Positions 6,329 through 16,558 of a stretch of 64,000 nt of DNA are shown here, one piece after another. The translations under genes and the position numbers were made by a program. The DNA is from Candidatus Latescibacterota bacterium. Lineage in GTDB: Bacteria > Latescibacterota > UBA2968 > UBA8231. The notes under the pieces are model-generated. The model was given only the letters and a program-made list of their open reading frames with translations. It did no database searches and had not been told where the DNA came from. Where the stretch lies: positions 3,616,001 through 3,680,000 of the forward strand of contig OZ241362.1 of the NCBI GenBank assembly GCA_965200315.1, given 5' to 3'. The number at the start of each line of letters is the position of its first letter. The first letter of the stretch is position 1.

Positions 6329-8971
6329 ATGCCTAGCCCAAAATCATTACAACAGATCTGCCGCAATACTTTGCCGCTGATGTTGCAGCAGGCAAATGGG
6401 CAGGAAATGATGGCGGCGGTGCGAGATGTGGCACAAACCGATCGCTGGAATTCGTTTGACCGCTTCGGCGAAACGACCGCCACGCTAACTAGCCGCTACG
6501 AGGCCACTGGCGCACGCGTGGAGGTCGAATCCATCCAGACCGGAGGGCGGCTGGGGTCGGGCCGGTGGATCATCCGCGAGGCCGCCGATGTCGCGGGTGC
6601 GACCGTGGATGTGGTACATCCGCTCGCCGAGCGGGTGCTGGATTGGCAGGAGAATCCCTGGCACGTCATTCAGTGGAGCGCGGCGACCCCGGCGAGCGGC
6701 TTGCGGCTGCGGCTCGTGATTCTCGACCAAATCGAAGACATCCAACGCCAGCCAACCGACGGACTCACCAGTGCGATTGTGCTGACCAAGCTAGATCCGC
6801 GTGCCCACCTAGGTCTTTTGGCCGCCAAGGGGGCCGCCGCCGTCATCACCGACCGTTTGGTTCCCAATCTGCCCAAGGCAGTGGCGTGGACCAAATTCGG
6901 ATGGGGTGCCATTCCCCTCGAACATGCGGCGGCGCGGTTGGTGGGTTTTGTGATCTCTGAGCAACAAGGGAAGCGGTTGCGCCGGCTAGCGCAGCAGCGC
7001 GGCCCCCTAACCCTGCACGTAAGAGCCGACATCCGCAAATACGTCGGCAGTCACGACGTGGTCAGCGGCATCATCGAGGGAGCAGGCGATCCGCAGGACG
7101 AAGTGTGGGCCATCGCGCACAGCGCCGAGCCGGGGGCCATAGACAACGCTTCGGGCGTGGCCACCACCTTGGAGATCGCCCGCGTGATCGAAGGGCTTAT
7201 CCGGGCGGGCAAACTCGTGCGCCCCAAGCGCACCATTCGCCTGCTCAATGCCTATGAGTGCTACGGGTTCTTCGCCTATCTAGAGAGGGTGCGGCGCTTG
7301 CAGACCCCTTTGGCCGGCGTGTGTATCGACACAGTCGGCTCCCAGCCCGCCATCTGCGATGGCCGGCTGGAGTGGCACGCGACCATCCCCATGTCGTCAG
7401 GTTTTGTCGATCGAGTCGGTGCGGCTATCTTACGGGCCGGAGTGCGGCAACACAAGCCTCGCTATCGAGTGCATCTAGAGCGATTCATGTCGACGGCTGA
7501 CACCTTGATCGGCGATCCCCAGTACGGATTTCCCTGCCCTTGGATCACCACGCATCACCTCAAGAGCGGGCGCGGCTTCGACGCCTACCACTCCTCGGCC
7601 GATGTGGAAGCACTGCTCAGTCCGCGGGGGCTGGAGACCTGCGCGGCCTCAATGGCAGCCTATCTGTACTACTTGGCCGACATGGGCAGCCGCGAAGTGG
7701 GGGAGTTGGTCCGCACTGAGACCCAGCATTTTCTCTCCGTATTACAACAGAAAAAGCGACCCCGAGCCGAGGCCGAGTACGTGCGCGAGGCACACAGCCG
7801 CAGCGTGCGACGATTGGTGCGCTGGCTCTGGGGAGGCAGTCGGCGCGAGGTCTTGGAGGCCATGGACGAAAGCGAGCGGCAAGTGGCGACCGCCGCAGCC
7901 GAAACCGCGCTACCGGACAAGCGAGCGCGGCGCACGGCCCAAGCGCGGCTAGTGCCACGGCGCACGGCCGTGCTCTCACCGACCAGCGAAAACACGCCAG
8001 CCGCGGTCAATGCGCGCATCTCGGCTGCACAGCTACCGCCGTGGGCGCTGTTTTGGGCCGATGGACGCCGGAATTTAGGCGAAATCGCCGAGTGCATTGC
8101 CTGCGAGGAAGCCGACTATCCGGCCGGGCCGCGGACGGAAGGGCCCGTCGCTGTTGATCGGGTTCACAAGTACTTTGCAGCACACGCTGAATTGGGCTAT
8201 GCCGAGTTGACCGACCCGGCTAACATGCTCGGCCGCAGGGAACTAGTGAAGGATTTGCGCCGCTTGGGCGTCACCCCAGGCATGGATCTGATGGTCCACA
8301 GTTCCCTGTCGGCCATCGGCTCTGTCGAGGGCGGCGCTGAGACCGTCGTCGATGCGCTCTTGCAGGCGGTTGGCAAGCGCGGGACCCTGCTGGCACCTTC
8401 GTTCAATCACCGCACGGCGAAAGTCTTCAACCGGCTGACCACGCCCACCACCAACGGCACCATCCCGGACGCGCTGTGGCGGCGCACCAAAGCCGAGCGC
8501 AGCATGCATCCCACTCACGCGGTAGCGGCGATTGGTCCGCGGGCCAGCGATTATTGCCGAGGGCACCTCGAAGCCGGCATCTGGGCTCCAGATAGCCCGA
8601 TCGGCAAATTGGTACACAGCGGCGGCTACATTCTCGCGCTGGGCACGACGCACGATACGAGCACGGCCTACCACGTGGCCGAGATGTCCGTGCCCTGCGG
8701 CTGCATTGAATCCTTTGCAATTCCAGACCGCATCGTGCGCGACGACGGGACCGTGGACGAGGTCTTGGGGCTGGCCTTTCGCAGCGGCCCCTGCCCGGTT
8801 CCAACCCACAAGCTAGACTCCACCCTCGACCGGAGGAAGTTGCAGCGGCGGGGCAAGGTCGGGCAGGCCGAATGCGAATTGGTAAAGGCCCACGACCTGT
8901 GGCAGGTGCGGCGCGAACATCTGCGGCGCGTCTGTCCCACTTGCGCCGTCAAGCCCCAGACCGCACGGTGA
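6329..8971 (+). CDS. M28/DUF4910-like aminopeptidase domain fused to a C-terminal AAC(3)-family acetyltransferase
   Basis: AGGAGG RBS before ATG 6329; AHSAEPGAIDNASG, YHSSAD; then LMVHSSLSAIG.VEGGAETVVDAL, RSMHPTHAVAAIG, TAYHVAE. Confidence 0.85.
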   Translation: MPSPKSLQQICRNTLPLMLQQANGQEMMAAVRDVAQTDRWNSFDRFGETTATLTSRYEATGARVEVESIQTGGRLGSGRWIIREAADVAGATVDVVHPLAERVLDWQENPWHVIQWSAATPASGLRLRLVILDQIEDIQRQPTDGLTSAIVLTKLDPRAHLGLLAAKGAAAVITDRLVPNLPKAVAWTKFGWGAIPLEHAAARLVGFVISEQQGKRLRRLAQQRGPLTLHVRADIRKYVGSHDVVSGIIEGAGDPQDEVWAIAHSAEPGAIDNASGVATTLEIARVIEGLIRAGKLVRPKRTIRLLNAYECYGFFAYLERVRRLQTPLAGVCIDTVGSQPAICDGRLEWHATIPMSSGFVDRVGAAILRAGVRQHKPRYRVHLERFMSTADTLIGDPQYGFPCPWITTHHLKSGRGFDAYHSSADVEALLSPRGLETCAASMAAYLYYLADMGSREVGELVRTETQHFLSVLQQKKRPRAEAEYVREAHSRSVRRLVRWLWGGSRREVLEAMDESERQVATAAAETALPDKRARRTAQARLVPRRTAVLSPTSENTPAAVNARISAAQLPPWALFWADGRRNLGEIAECIACEEADYPAGPRTEGPVAVDRVHKYFAAHAELGYAELTDPANMLGRRELVKDLRRLGVTPGMDLMVHSSLSAIGSVEGGAETVVDALLQAVGKRGTLLAPSFNHRTAKVFNRLTTPTTNGTIPDALWRRTKAERSMHPTHAVAAIGPRASDYCRGHLEAGIWAPDSPIGKLVHSGGYILALGTTHDTSTAYHVAEMSVPCGCIESFAIPDRIVRDDGTVDEVLGLAFRSGPCPVPTHKLDSTLDRRKLQRRGKVGQAECELVKAHDLWQVRREHLRRVCPTCAVKPQTAR

Positions 8972-11130
8972 ACAGATCGCTCCCCTCTCCCTATGGCCGG
9001 CACCTCCAAGGTAGCCAAGACGACAAACTCACCGATGCCGCAGGCCGTTCGCATCTGACGCTGCGCGGCTTTTGGGTCGGCGCGTTCCTCAGCTTTTTTC
9101 TGTCCATTGGCGCGCCCTACGCCAACATGGCGATGCGGGCGACCAATATGGCCTTCGATTTCAATACTCCGGGGGCCATTTTTCTATTTTTGGTGCTGGT
9201 CGGCTTGCTCAATACGCTCTTCAAGCTCGCCGCCCGCGACTTCCGCCTAGCGGTGGGGCTGGCCCTGCTCGCCACGGGCGGCTTCTGCGGCTATTGGACC
9301 AGCCGCGGCATGGTCGATTGGTACTCGCCTGGCTTTTGGTTTGGGGCCTTCCTCGCCCTCTTTTCACTGTGGAACGTACCGGTGGTACAGCGCGGCGGTA
9401 CGCTCGCGCTCAACCGCGCCGAACTCGTGCTGGTGTACGCGATGTTGCTGGTCGTCTCCGCCCTCTGCACCATGGGGCTGACCCAGCAACTTTTGCCAGC
9501 TCTCACCGGCATTTTCTACTACGCCTCTCCAGCCAACCAATGGGCCGAAAAGCTCTTTCCGCTCTTTCCCTCGCGGCGCATCCTCGTCGATGATGGCACC
9601 GGCAACCGCGGCTTTTACGAGGGCGGCGCGCTCGCCGACATTCCCTACGCCACTTGGGTCGAGCCCCTGTGCTGGTGGGCACTGCTACTCCTCTCGCTGT
9701 ACGTGGCTATGGTATCGACGGCCGTGATCTTGCGCCGACAGTGGGTCGAGCACGAGCGGCTGGCCTATCCGCTGACCCAGCTCGGGGTGGCCATCGTGCA
9801 AGGCGAACGCGGCACCGGGCTGTTCAACGGCTTTCTCAAGCACGGTATCCTGTGGTGGGGCGCAGCCTTGCCGCTCGCGTACGGCAGCCTCAAGGCTCTG
9901 CACCAATACTACCCGTCCTTGCCCGGCTTCGGCCTGATTTGGTTTCTGCCGTTTATCGGCCAGCAAAACCTGCAAATCTGGATCAGCTTCGCGCTCGTCG
10001 GCTTTTCCTATCTCATTAGCACTCAAATAGCGGCCGGCATCTGGATCTTCTATCTGCTCTCCAAAGTAGAAGCCGAATTCCTCGCCCTATCTGGCCTCAA
10101 ATCCACTAGCAAATTCGTCTATGGGGTCTCGTACGAGCCGCTCTTGGCCTATCAGGGCGGCGGCGCGCTCATCGCCATGGTGCTCTTGGGGCTGTGGACG
10201 GGGCGCGTCCACTTGGGGAACGTATGGCGCAAGGCCCTCGACCGCCATGCTAACATCGACGACAGCGATGAAATCACGTCCTATCGAGCGGCCGTGATCG
10301 GAGTACTCTTCGGCACCGGAGGCATCGTCGGCTGGCTGTGGCTGATGGGCACCCCGCTTTGGGTCGGCGCACTCTTTGCGGTGGTGGCCCTGTTGGTGTT
10401 TATCGGCATCTCGCGGGTCGTGTGCGAGGCGGGCCTAGCAGCCATCCGCTCGCCCATGATCGCCCCAGACCTCATCGTGCAGGGCATTGGCTCACAGACG
10501 ATCGGTGCCGCTGGCGTTTTCAACCTCTCCTTTGCCTATATCTGGTCGGCCGACATTCGCATCTTCCTGCTGGCCATGGTCGCCAATGGCTTGAAGCTGA
10601 TCCAAAACATGGACCGCCGCAGTCGGCGAGTCGTCTTCTGGGCGCTGGTGGCGGCCATCTTCATCGGCGTGACGGGCTCCTGCTGGATGGTCTTCCACCT
10701 CGCCTACAAGTACGGGGGCATCAACCTCGATGGCTGGCGTTTTCACGGCGGCCCATCGACCATCTACAACGCGGCGCGACGCGCACTAGAACCAGCCGGA
10801 GCCGACTGGTTGGGCTTGGGGTTTTTCGCTGGTGGAGCCGTGGTCATGGTCCTTTTGACTTGGGCGCGGCATCACGTCTTGTGGTGGCCCTTCCATCCAA
10901 TCGGATTCCCGATTGGCGCAAACTTCATGCTCGACAAAATCTGGGCTTGCGTACTCTTGGCTTGGGTACTGAAGAAGCTGATCTTGCGTTTTGGCGGAGC
11001 GGCGCACTATCGGACGAGCCAGCATTTCTTCATGGGTATGATTATGGGCGAGGCCCTGTGCAACGGGCTGTGGCTGGTCATCGACTACTTCACCGGCAGG
11101 GTCGGCAACGCCGTCTTCATTCTGGGGTAA
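8968..11130 (+). CDS. Polytopic membrane protein, DUF6785/DUF6784-like (possible transporter)
   Basis: GTGA overlap with the upstream gene; RRQWVEHERLAYPL, WWPFHPIGF, many TM segments. Confidence 0.8.
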   Translation: MNRSLPSPYGRHLQGSQDDKLTDAAGRSHLTLRGFWVGAFLSFFLSIGAPYANMAMRATNMAFDFNTPGAIFLFLVLVGLLNTLFKLAARDFRLAVGLALLATGGFCGYWTSRGMVDWYSPGFWFGAFLALFSLWNVPVVQRGGTLALNRAELVLVYAMLLVVSALCTMGLTQQLLPALTGIFYYASPANQWAEKLFPLFPSRRILVDDGTGNRGFYEGGALADIPYATWVEPLCWWALLLLSLYVAMVSTAVILRRQWVEHERLAYPLTQLGVAIVQGERGTGLFNGFLKHGILWWGAALPLAYGSLKALHQYYPSLPGFGLIWFLPFIGQQNLQIWISFALVGFSYLISTQIAAGIWIFYLLSKVEAEFLALSGLKSTSKFVYGVSYEPLLAYQGGGALIAMVLLGLWTGRVHLGNVWRKALDRHANIDDSDEITSYRAAVIGVLFGTGGIVGWLWLMGTPLWVGALFAVVALLVFIGISRVVCEAGLAAIRSPMIAPDLIVQGIGSQTIGAAGVFNLSFAYIWSADIRIFLLAMVANGLKLIQNMDRRSRRVVFWALVAAIFIGVTGSCWMVFHLAYKYGGINLDGWRFHGGPSTIYNAARRALEPAGADWLGLGFFAGGAVVMVLLTWARHHVLWWPFHPIGFPIGANFMLDKIWACVLLAWVLKKLILRFGGAAHYRTSQHFFMGMIMGEALCNGLWLVIDYFTGRVGNAVFILG

Positions 11131-11238
11131 TCCCATATTCCTTGACAGCCCTGTGCTAGTGGAACTACCAGCGCCAGTTCTGCGATTGACCCCGCATTCC
11201 TTGACATCGCGGGAGGGTGGGCCTATCTCTTTTGCGCT

Positions 11239-12528
11239 ATGAATCGACTTATCTTTTGTCTTGCCGCAGCGCTCGTCGCCTGCGTTGGTCCCTTCGCCGG
11301 CAAGAAGGTTCCGCCTTGGCTTGCGCCTCCTCCCGTGCTCAAAGCGACTTTCTCCAGCGAGGAGGCCGCCGCGCATCTGGTATGGCCCCCAGTGTCTTCA
11401 GCGAGCTTTCTCTACGGCGAAATCCAGCGCACCCTAGGAGGCGAGTTCGCGACCATAGCGCGTGTGGAATCCGCAACCGACACCACCTTTACAGACGTCG
11501 GCTTGTTGGCCAACAAGCAGTATAGCTACCGAGTCGTCAGCTTATTCGGCGCAGACGAAACCGCACACGAGTTGGTCAGCACGACGGTCGCGGGCGGGTT
11601 CCATCACCGCATCGCAAGCTGGTCCTTAGACAAGGGCACGGCCCCTACGCGACTGGCCATCAGCCGCAACGGCACGGTCTTTGTCGCCGGCGCGGGCACG
11701 GGGCGCATCGACCGTTTTGACCGCACGGGCCACGCTTTGGACTCATGGGTCTATGCCACGGAGCCGCTGGCCCGTATGGAAACGAGTGCGCTGGACGGGC
11801 CGGCCCTCGCCCTCGACAGCGAAGATCATCTCTACGTGGTGTACAACCTGCATCGCCCGGGCCAGAAGCCAGAGGCCTTTTGGGCGAAATTCGCCCCAGA
11901 CGGTCGGCTGTTGTGGACGCGCCCACTCGCCGGGCTGTTCGCCCGCCACATCGTCATCGACGGCGATGCCATCTACATCGAAAGCATCAGCCAATTGCAG
12001 CTATTCGACCACGCCGGCGAACAGCAAATTCAGTACGCCATCCCGGCCTTGTTGGTGGCTAGTCTGCGGCTTTGGCAAGGGCGCTTTGCCGCGCTGATCG
12101 AGCCGTTAGCCCTGCGCACCGACGACTGGCAGGCACCTCGGCTAGTCGTGTACGACGACCCACAGCGCGCCGCGGCCAGTCGCGTCATCGGCCGCGATCC
12201 CAAATCGCATCAGGACCGCGGCAACGGGCTTTTGCTGCGGCCCACTGACTTTGCCGTCGATGAAGCGGCCGACCGGGCTTTCGTGGTCAATGCCGGCCAC
12301 AGCCGCATCGAGGTATTCCAGCGAGGGCACTACCTGACGCACTGGGGAGAAAAGGGCGAAGAGGACGATCAGTTCCGCTTCACAGGCCGCCTCCAAGTTG
12401 TCGTCGATATAGCTACTGGCGAGGCGGCCGAGCGCGAAGTGGTGGCCGGCGGCATCGCCCGCGACGCCGAAGGGTTCATTTACGTGGCCGATACCTTCAA
12501 CGATCGAATTAAGAAGTTCCAACCATGA
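11239..12528 (+). CDS. Lipoprotein with FN3-like and NHL-repeat beta-propeller domains
   Basis: LAAALVAC lipobox; FTDVGL..NKQYSYRV; IYVADTFNDRIKKF. Confidence 0.8.
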   Translation: MNRLIFCLAAALVACVGPFAGKKVPPWLAPPPVLKATFSSEEAAAHLVWPPVSSASFLYGEIQRTLGGEFATIARVESATDTTFTDVGLLANKQYSYRVVSLFGADETAHELVSTTVAGGFHHRIASWSLDKGTAPTRLAISRNGTVFVAGAGTGRIDRFDRTGHALDSWVYATEPLARMETSALDGPALALDSEDHLYVVYNLHRPGQKPEAFWAKFAPDGRLLWTRPLAGLFARHIVIDGDAIYIESISQLQLFDHAGEQQIQYAIPALLVASLRLWQGRFAALIEPLALRTDDWQAPRLVVYDDPQRAAASRVIGRDPKSHQDRGNGLLLRPTDFAVDEAADRAFVVNAGHSRIEVFQRGHYLTHWGEKGEEDDQFRFTGRLQVVVDIATGEAAEREVVAGGIARDAEGFIYVADTFNDRIKKFQP

Positions 12529-13460
12529 AGGCCGTGCTCGCGTTTCTATTGCTGGCCTTGCCGTGTAGCGAGGTCCAAGCCCAGCGCCAAGACAAGCGGG
12601 CGTACAACCTCTGGGCTAAGGAGAAGATCCGCTATCTCAACTCCAAGGTCACCCTCAACCCTTACAACCCGCAACTGCGCGTCCTCCTCGCCAACGCATA
12701 TTTTGACGACGGGCAAAAGTACGAAGCCAAAAGGCTGTTGCTTGGGGCATTGGAGCTCGACCCCGACTACGCCGAGGCGCATTGCAATCTCGCAGTCATG
12801 CTCCACGGCCAAGGATACGACCGCGAGGCCAAGCACCACTACGAAGAAGCCCTGCGGCTGGATTCGCTGATGGTCGAAGCCATGGCCGGACTAGGGACCT
12901 TGCTCTGCCGCACCGAGCGCCAAGCCGAGGGCTTTGAATACCTCGAAAAAGTCATCGCGGTCCAGCCCGATCACGTCAACGCTCGCTTCAACATGGCCGT
13001 GGCGTATCACAAGGTCGGCGACTTTAAAAAATCCATCGAACACCTAGAGACCTTGCTGAGGGTCGATTTCAATTATCGCGGTGCGCGCCGCGCGCTGGCC
13101 CGCGCTTATTACAGCCTCGGAATTTTGCGACTGCAAGCCCAACAGTCCGAGTTGGCACTCCCCGTGCTGACCAAGGCCGTCGAGTACGAGCAAGACAACG
13201 AAAGCATGTTCTTTGCCAAGGGCCTCGCCCACCTCAACAGCGGCGACTTCGCCGGAGCCGAAGCGGCCTTCAAGCAGGTCATCGCATTGTCCGGCGATCA
13301 CATCCCCGCCCTGCACAACCTCGGCGTGATCTGCGAAAAAACCGAGCGATATGCAGAAGCCGTCCAATACTACGGCAAAGTCCAGCAGCTAGCCCCGCAT
13401 CTGGCGACGATCGATGCGGTTAAACACGCCTCGTACGACGTGAATTACCTGACCGAATGA
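12525..13460 (+). CDS. Exported TPR-repeat protein
   Basis: Signal peptide; ALELDPDYAEAHCNLA-type repeats. Confidence 0.88.
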   Translation: MKAVLAFLLLALPCSEVQAQRQDKRAYNLWAKEKIRYLNSKVTLNPYNPQLRVLLANAYFDDGQKYEAKRLLLGALELDPDYAEAHCNLAVMLHGQGYDREAKHHYEEALRLDSLMVEAMAGLGTLLCRTERQAEGFEYLEKVIAVQPDHVNARFNMAVAYHKVGDFKKSIEHLETLLRVDFNYRGARRALARAYYSLGILRLQAQQSELALPVLTKAVEYEQDNESMFFAKGLAHLNSGDFAGAEAAFKQVIALSGDHIPALHNLGVICEKTERYAEAVQYYGKVQQLAPHLATIDAVKHASYDVNYLTE

Positions 13461-13462
13461 GT

Positions 13463-13491
13463 TTGACTTTTGTTTAGCTAACGCGTACTAT
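13463..13491 (+). promoter_or_regulatory. Putative sigma70 promoter of infA
   Basis: TTGACT-N17-TACTAT. Confidence 0.55.
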
Positions 13492-13583
13492 TTGAACTTT
13501 TTGCGAGTCGCTTTAGCGGCTGTTTTTTTTCGTGTGTGGCGCGAAAAACCACACCACCATCCCCTCTCCTTTAGGCGAGAGCA

Positions 13584-13802
13584 ATGGCCAAAGAAGAAGC
13601 AATCGAAGTCCAAGCAGTGGTCAAAGAGGCCCTGCCCAACGGCTACTTCAAGTGCGAAATGGAAAATAGCCACGAGATTATGGCCCATGTCTCCGGCAAG
13701 ATGCGCAAATACTACATTCGCGTACTGCCGGGCGACCAAGTCACTGTGGCCCTTTCGCCCTATGATTTGAGCCGCGGACGCATCACGTTCCGCAACCGCT
13801 GA
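13584..13802 (+). CDS. infA: Translation initiation factor IF-1
   Basis: MAKEEAIEV...EALPN...[33 protein letters not shown]. Confidence 0.98.
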   Translation: MAKEEAIEVQAVVKEALPNGYFKCEMENSHEIMAHVSGKMRKYYIRVLPGDQVTVALSPYDLSRGRITFRNR

Positions 13803-13860
13803 GACGCCGCACGATCACCCAAGCGCCGTCTCGACGAGCCTCACACCCGACGAAGGTCAC

Positions 13861-15435
13861 ATGGAGAGGAACCAGACCAGTACGCATCGGGCTTGGCCCT
13901 TCCAAGAGGCGGCACAGATCGTCAAGCAGCGCCAGCCCAGCGGAGATCGCCCGGTACTATTCGAGACCGGCTTTGGCCCCAGCGGGTTTCCCCATCTAGG
14001 CCACTTTTCAGAAGGCATCCGCACCTCTTGGGTGCGCAACGCCTGCGAATACCTCTACGGATTAAAGACCCGCCTACTCTGTTTCAGCGACGACATGGAC
14101 GCCCTGCGCAAGGTGCCTAGCAACTTTCCGCAGCCCGACATGCTCGCCGCCCACCTCGGCAAACCCGTACACGCCATCCCCGATCCTTTTGGTTGCTGGA
14201 CGAGTTTTGGCGACCACATGAACGCCAAGCTGTGCGAGTTTTTCGACGCGTCCGGCTTCGACTACGAGTTTCAAAGCTCACGCGAAGCCTACGTGCGCGG
14301 CGACTTCGACGAAGGGCTGTCGATTCTCCTAGCCAAAGCCGAGGAGGTCCGCCAGATTATCGTGCCGACGCTGCGGGAACAAAATCGCCAGCACTGGTCG
14401 CCCTTCTTTCCGATTTGTCCCAACTGTGGCTCGATCATGGCCACGCGCGTCACCGCCTATCACCCCAGCCGGGGCACCGTGAGCTTCACTTGCGACCTCG
14501 ACCCCGGCCACTACGCTGGGTGTGGCGCAAGCGGCGAACAGTCGGTGCTCGGCGGCAACGCCAAAGTGGGCTGGAAAGTCGATTGGGCACTGCGCTGGTA
14601 CACCTACGAGGTCGATTACGAAATGTATGGCAAAGACCTCGTCGACTCCGTGCGCCAGTCCTCTCGCATCGTGCGCCTGATGGGCAAGCAGCCGCCGGTC
14701 GGCTTGTGCTACGAGTTTTTTCTCGACGAGGAAGGGCGCAAGGTGGCAAGCAGCACCGGCCGCATGGGAGTGACAGTAGATGCGTGGAAGAAGTACGCAC
14801 CGATAGAATCTCTGCTCTTTTTCCTGTTCCAAAATCCTAAGCGGGCCAAGCGGCTGCACTGGGATATAGTGCCCAAGTGCGTTGATGACTATCTCGATGC
14901 GCTGCGGTGCTATCCCGAGGTAGCAGAAGCAGAGCGCCCCGAACAGGCCCTGTGGCACATTGGCGACCGCGGTAAAGACGTGCCCGAGTACGCATCTCGG
15001 GTCAACTTCTCGACGGTAAATAACCTGATCGCAGCCCTAGGCGTGGATTCGGTCGAAGTGTTGAAGGAATATCTGGCGCGCTACGACGCCCAAGCTGCTA
15101 CTTATCCGCAGGTGACGCAGGCGTTGGTGGAAAAGGGGCTCAACTACTACCGAGACGTGGTGCTGCCGAACAAGCAATTTCGCCCGCCTACGGACGAGGA
15201 ACGGGCGCTTCTAGGCCAGTTGGCCGAGCGGCTTAGCGCGGCCAATGGGGCCACCGAAGAGGAGTTGCAGGCCATTCCATTCGACTTGGCCCGCGAGGCC
15301 GAAATCCTCCCCAAGGAGTTGTTTCGGATGTTTTACGAAGTGGTGCTCGGGCAGGAGCGAGGGCCGCGATTTGGGTCGCTTGTGCAGTTAGTGGGAAAGG
15401 AACAGGTGGTGAACATGATGAGGGAAAAGGCATAG
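13861..15435 (+). CDS. lysS: Class I lysyl-tRNA synthetase
   Basis: FETGFGPSG.PH.G, FSDDMDALRKVP, WKVDWALRW, YEMYGKDL, GQERGPRFG. Confidence 0.9.
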   Translation: MERNQTSTHRAWPFQEAAQIVKQRQPSGDRPVLFETGFGPSGFPHLGHFSEGIRTSWVRNACEYLYGLKTRLLCFSDDMDALRKVPSNFPQPDMLAAHLGKPVHAIPDPFGCWTSFGDHMNAKLCEFFDASGFDYEFQSSREAYVRGDFDEGLSILLAKAEEVRQIIVPTLREQNRQHWSPFFPICPNCGSIMATRVTAYHPSRGTVSFTCDLDPGHYAGCGASGEQSVLGGNAKVGWKVDWALRWYTYEVDYEMYGKDLVDSVRQSSRIVRLMGKQPPVGLCYEFFLDEEGRKVASSTGRMGVTVDAWKKYAPIESLLFFLFQNPKRAKRLHWDIVPKCVDDYLDALRCYPEVAEAERPEQALWHIGDRGKDVPEYASRVNFSTVNNLIAALGVDSVEVLKEYLARYDAQAATYPQVTQALVEKGLNYYRDVVLPNKQFRPPTDEERALLGQLAERLSAANGATEEELQAIPFDLAREAEILPKELFRMFYEVVLGQERGPRFGSLVQLVGKEQVVNMMREKA

Positions 15436-15506
15436 CGCATACAGAATTTTTGCCGATAATTGCGAGGGTGCGGCAGGTCCGCGCCCTCTTTTTTATGGAG
15501 TAAATC

Positions 15507-16442
15507 GTGGCAGAACAACAAGACCTTTTTTCAGAAATCATGCCGCCGCCCCAGCCTCGGCACGTCGAGCGGATGCAGCAGGTGCAGGAGGGGCTACCCG
15601 CGCAGCTTTTTTTGGGGACGACGAGTTGGTCGAATGAGGATTGGGAAGGGCTAATCTATCCAGAGGGCTGCGCCGCGGCCGACTACATTGAGCACTATGC
15701 CAAGGTCTTCAGGAGTGTGGAGATCGACTCGACTTGGTACCGAGTGCCAACGCCAAAAACAATAGAAGGATGGCGGCGGCGGACGCCTCTGCACTTTCGC
15801 TTTACCGCCAAAATTCCCCGAGTGATCAGCCACGAAAAAATGCTCGTGGACTGCATGGGGGAAATGGAGGAATTCCTCGACGCGATGGCCCCACTCGGCG
15901 AGCGGTTGGGACCGCTGCTGATGCAGTTTCCATACATTGCGCGGGGACAGGACGCGCACGAAAACGAGTACGGCAGCGCGTTCACCGAGCGCCTAGCGGA
16001 GTTTTTGCCGCAGCTACCTACGGGCGAGTTCCACTTTGCGGTAGAGGTGCGCAACGGGAGTTGGCTGCGGGCGGAACTGTTAGACCTGCTGCGCGCCCAC
16101 GGAGTGGCGCTGGCGCTGAACAACTACTACACCATGCCCAGCTTAGCGGAGACCCTCAACCGCGCCAATCCTGTAACGGCCGACTTCCTCTATGTCCGCT
16201 TTTTAGGCGACCGCAAAAAGATGGACGCCTATGTCGAAGAGCGGATTCGCCGCGGCGAGCAGGAGCGGCATTGGGACCGCCTCGTCTGGGACCGCGCCGC
16301 CGAGACCCAGCAGTGGGCGCAGCAGGTGCGAGAGCTAGCGGAGGCCGCGCCGGAACAGCCCGCGTACGTGTTTTTCAACAATCACTACGCTGGGTACGCG
16401 CCCGGTTCACTAGGCCTTTTTGCTCAGGCGTGGAGGGGGTGA
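15507..16442 (+). CDS. DUF72 family protein
   Basis: LGTTSWS..DW, VEIDSTWY, GPLLMQFP, AVEVRN.SW, FFNNHYAG. Confidence 0.9.
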   Translation: MAEQQDLFSEIMPPPQPRHVERMQQVQEGLPAQLFLGTTSWSNEDWEGLIYPEGCAAADYIEHYAKVFRSVEIDSTWYRVPTPKTIEGWRRRTPLHFRFTAKIPRVISHEKMLVDCMGEMEEFLDAMAPLGERLGPLLMQFPYIARGQDAHENEYGSAFTERLAEFLPQLPTGEFHFAVEVRNGSWLRAELLDLLRAHGVALALNNYYTMPSLAETLNRANPVTADFLYVRFLGDRKKMDAYVEERIRRGEQERHWDRLVWDRAAETQQWAQQVRELAEAAPEQPAYVFFNNHYAGYAPGSLGLFAQAWRG

Positions 16443-16558
16443 CATGTCCTGTTCACTTGATTGACCTAGACGCCCTGCACGAATGAATTATAGTACTTGA
16501 AGCTTGTGTCTGAAATAAGAGGAGAAACTCAAACCAATCAACGCAAAGGACGATAGAC

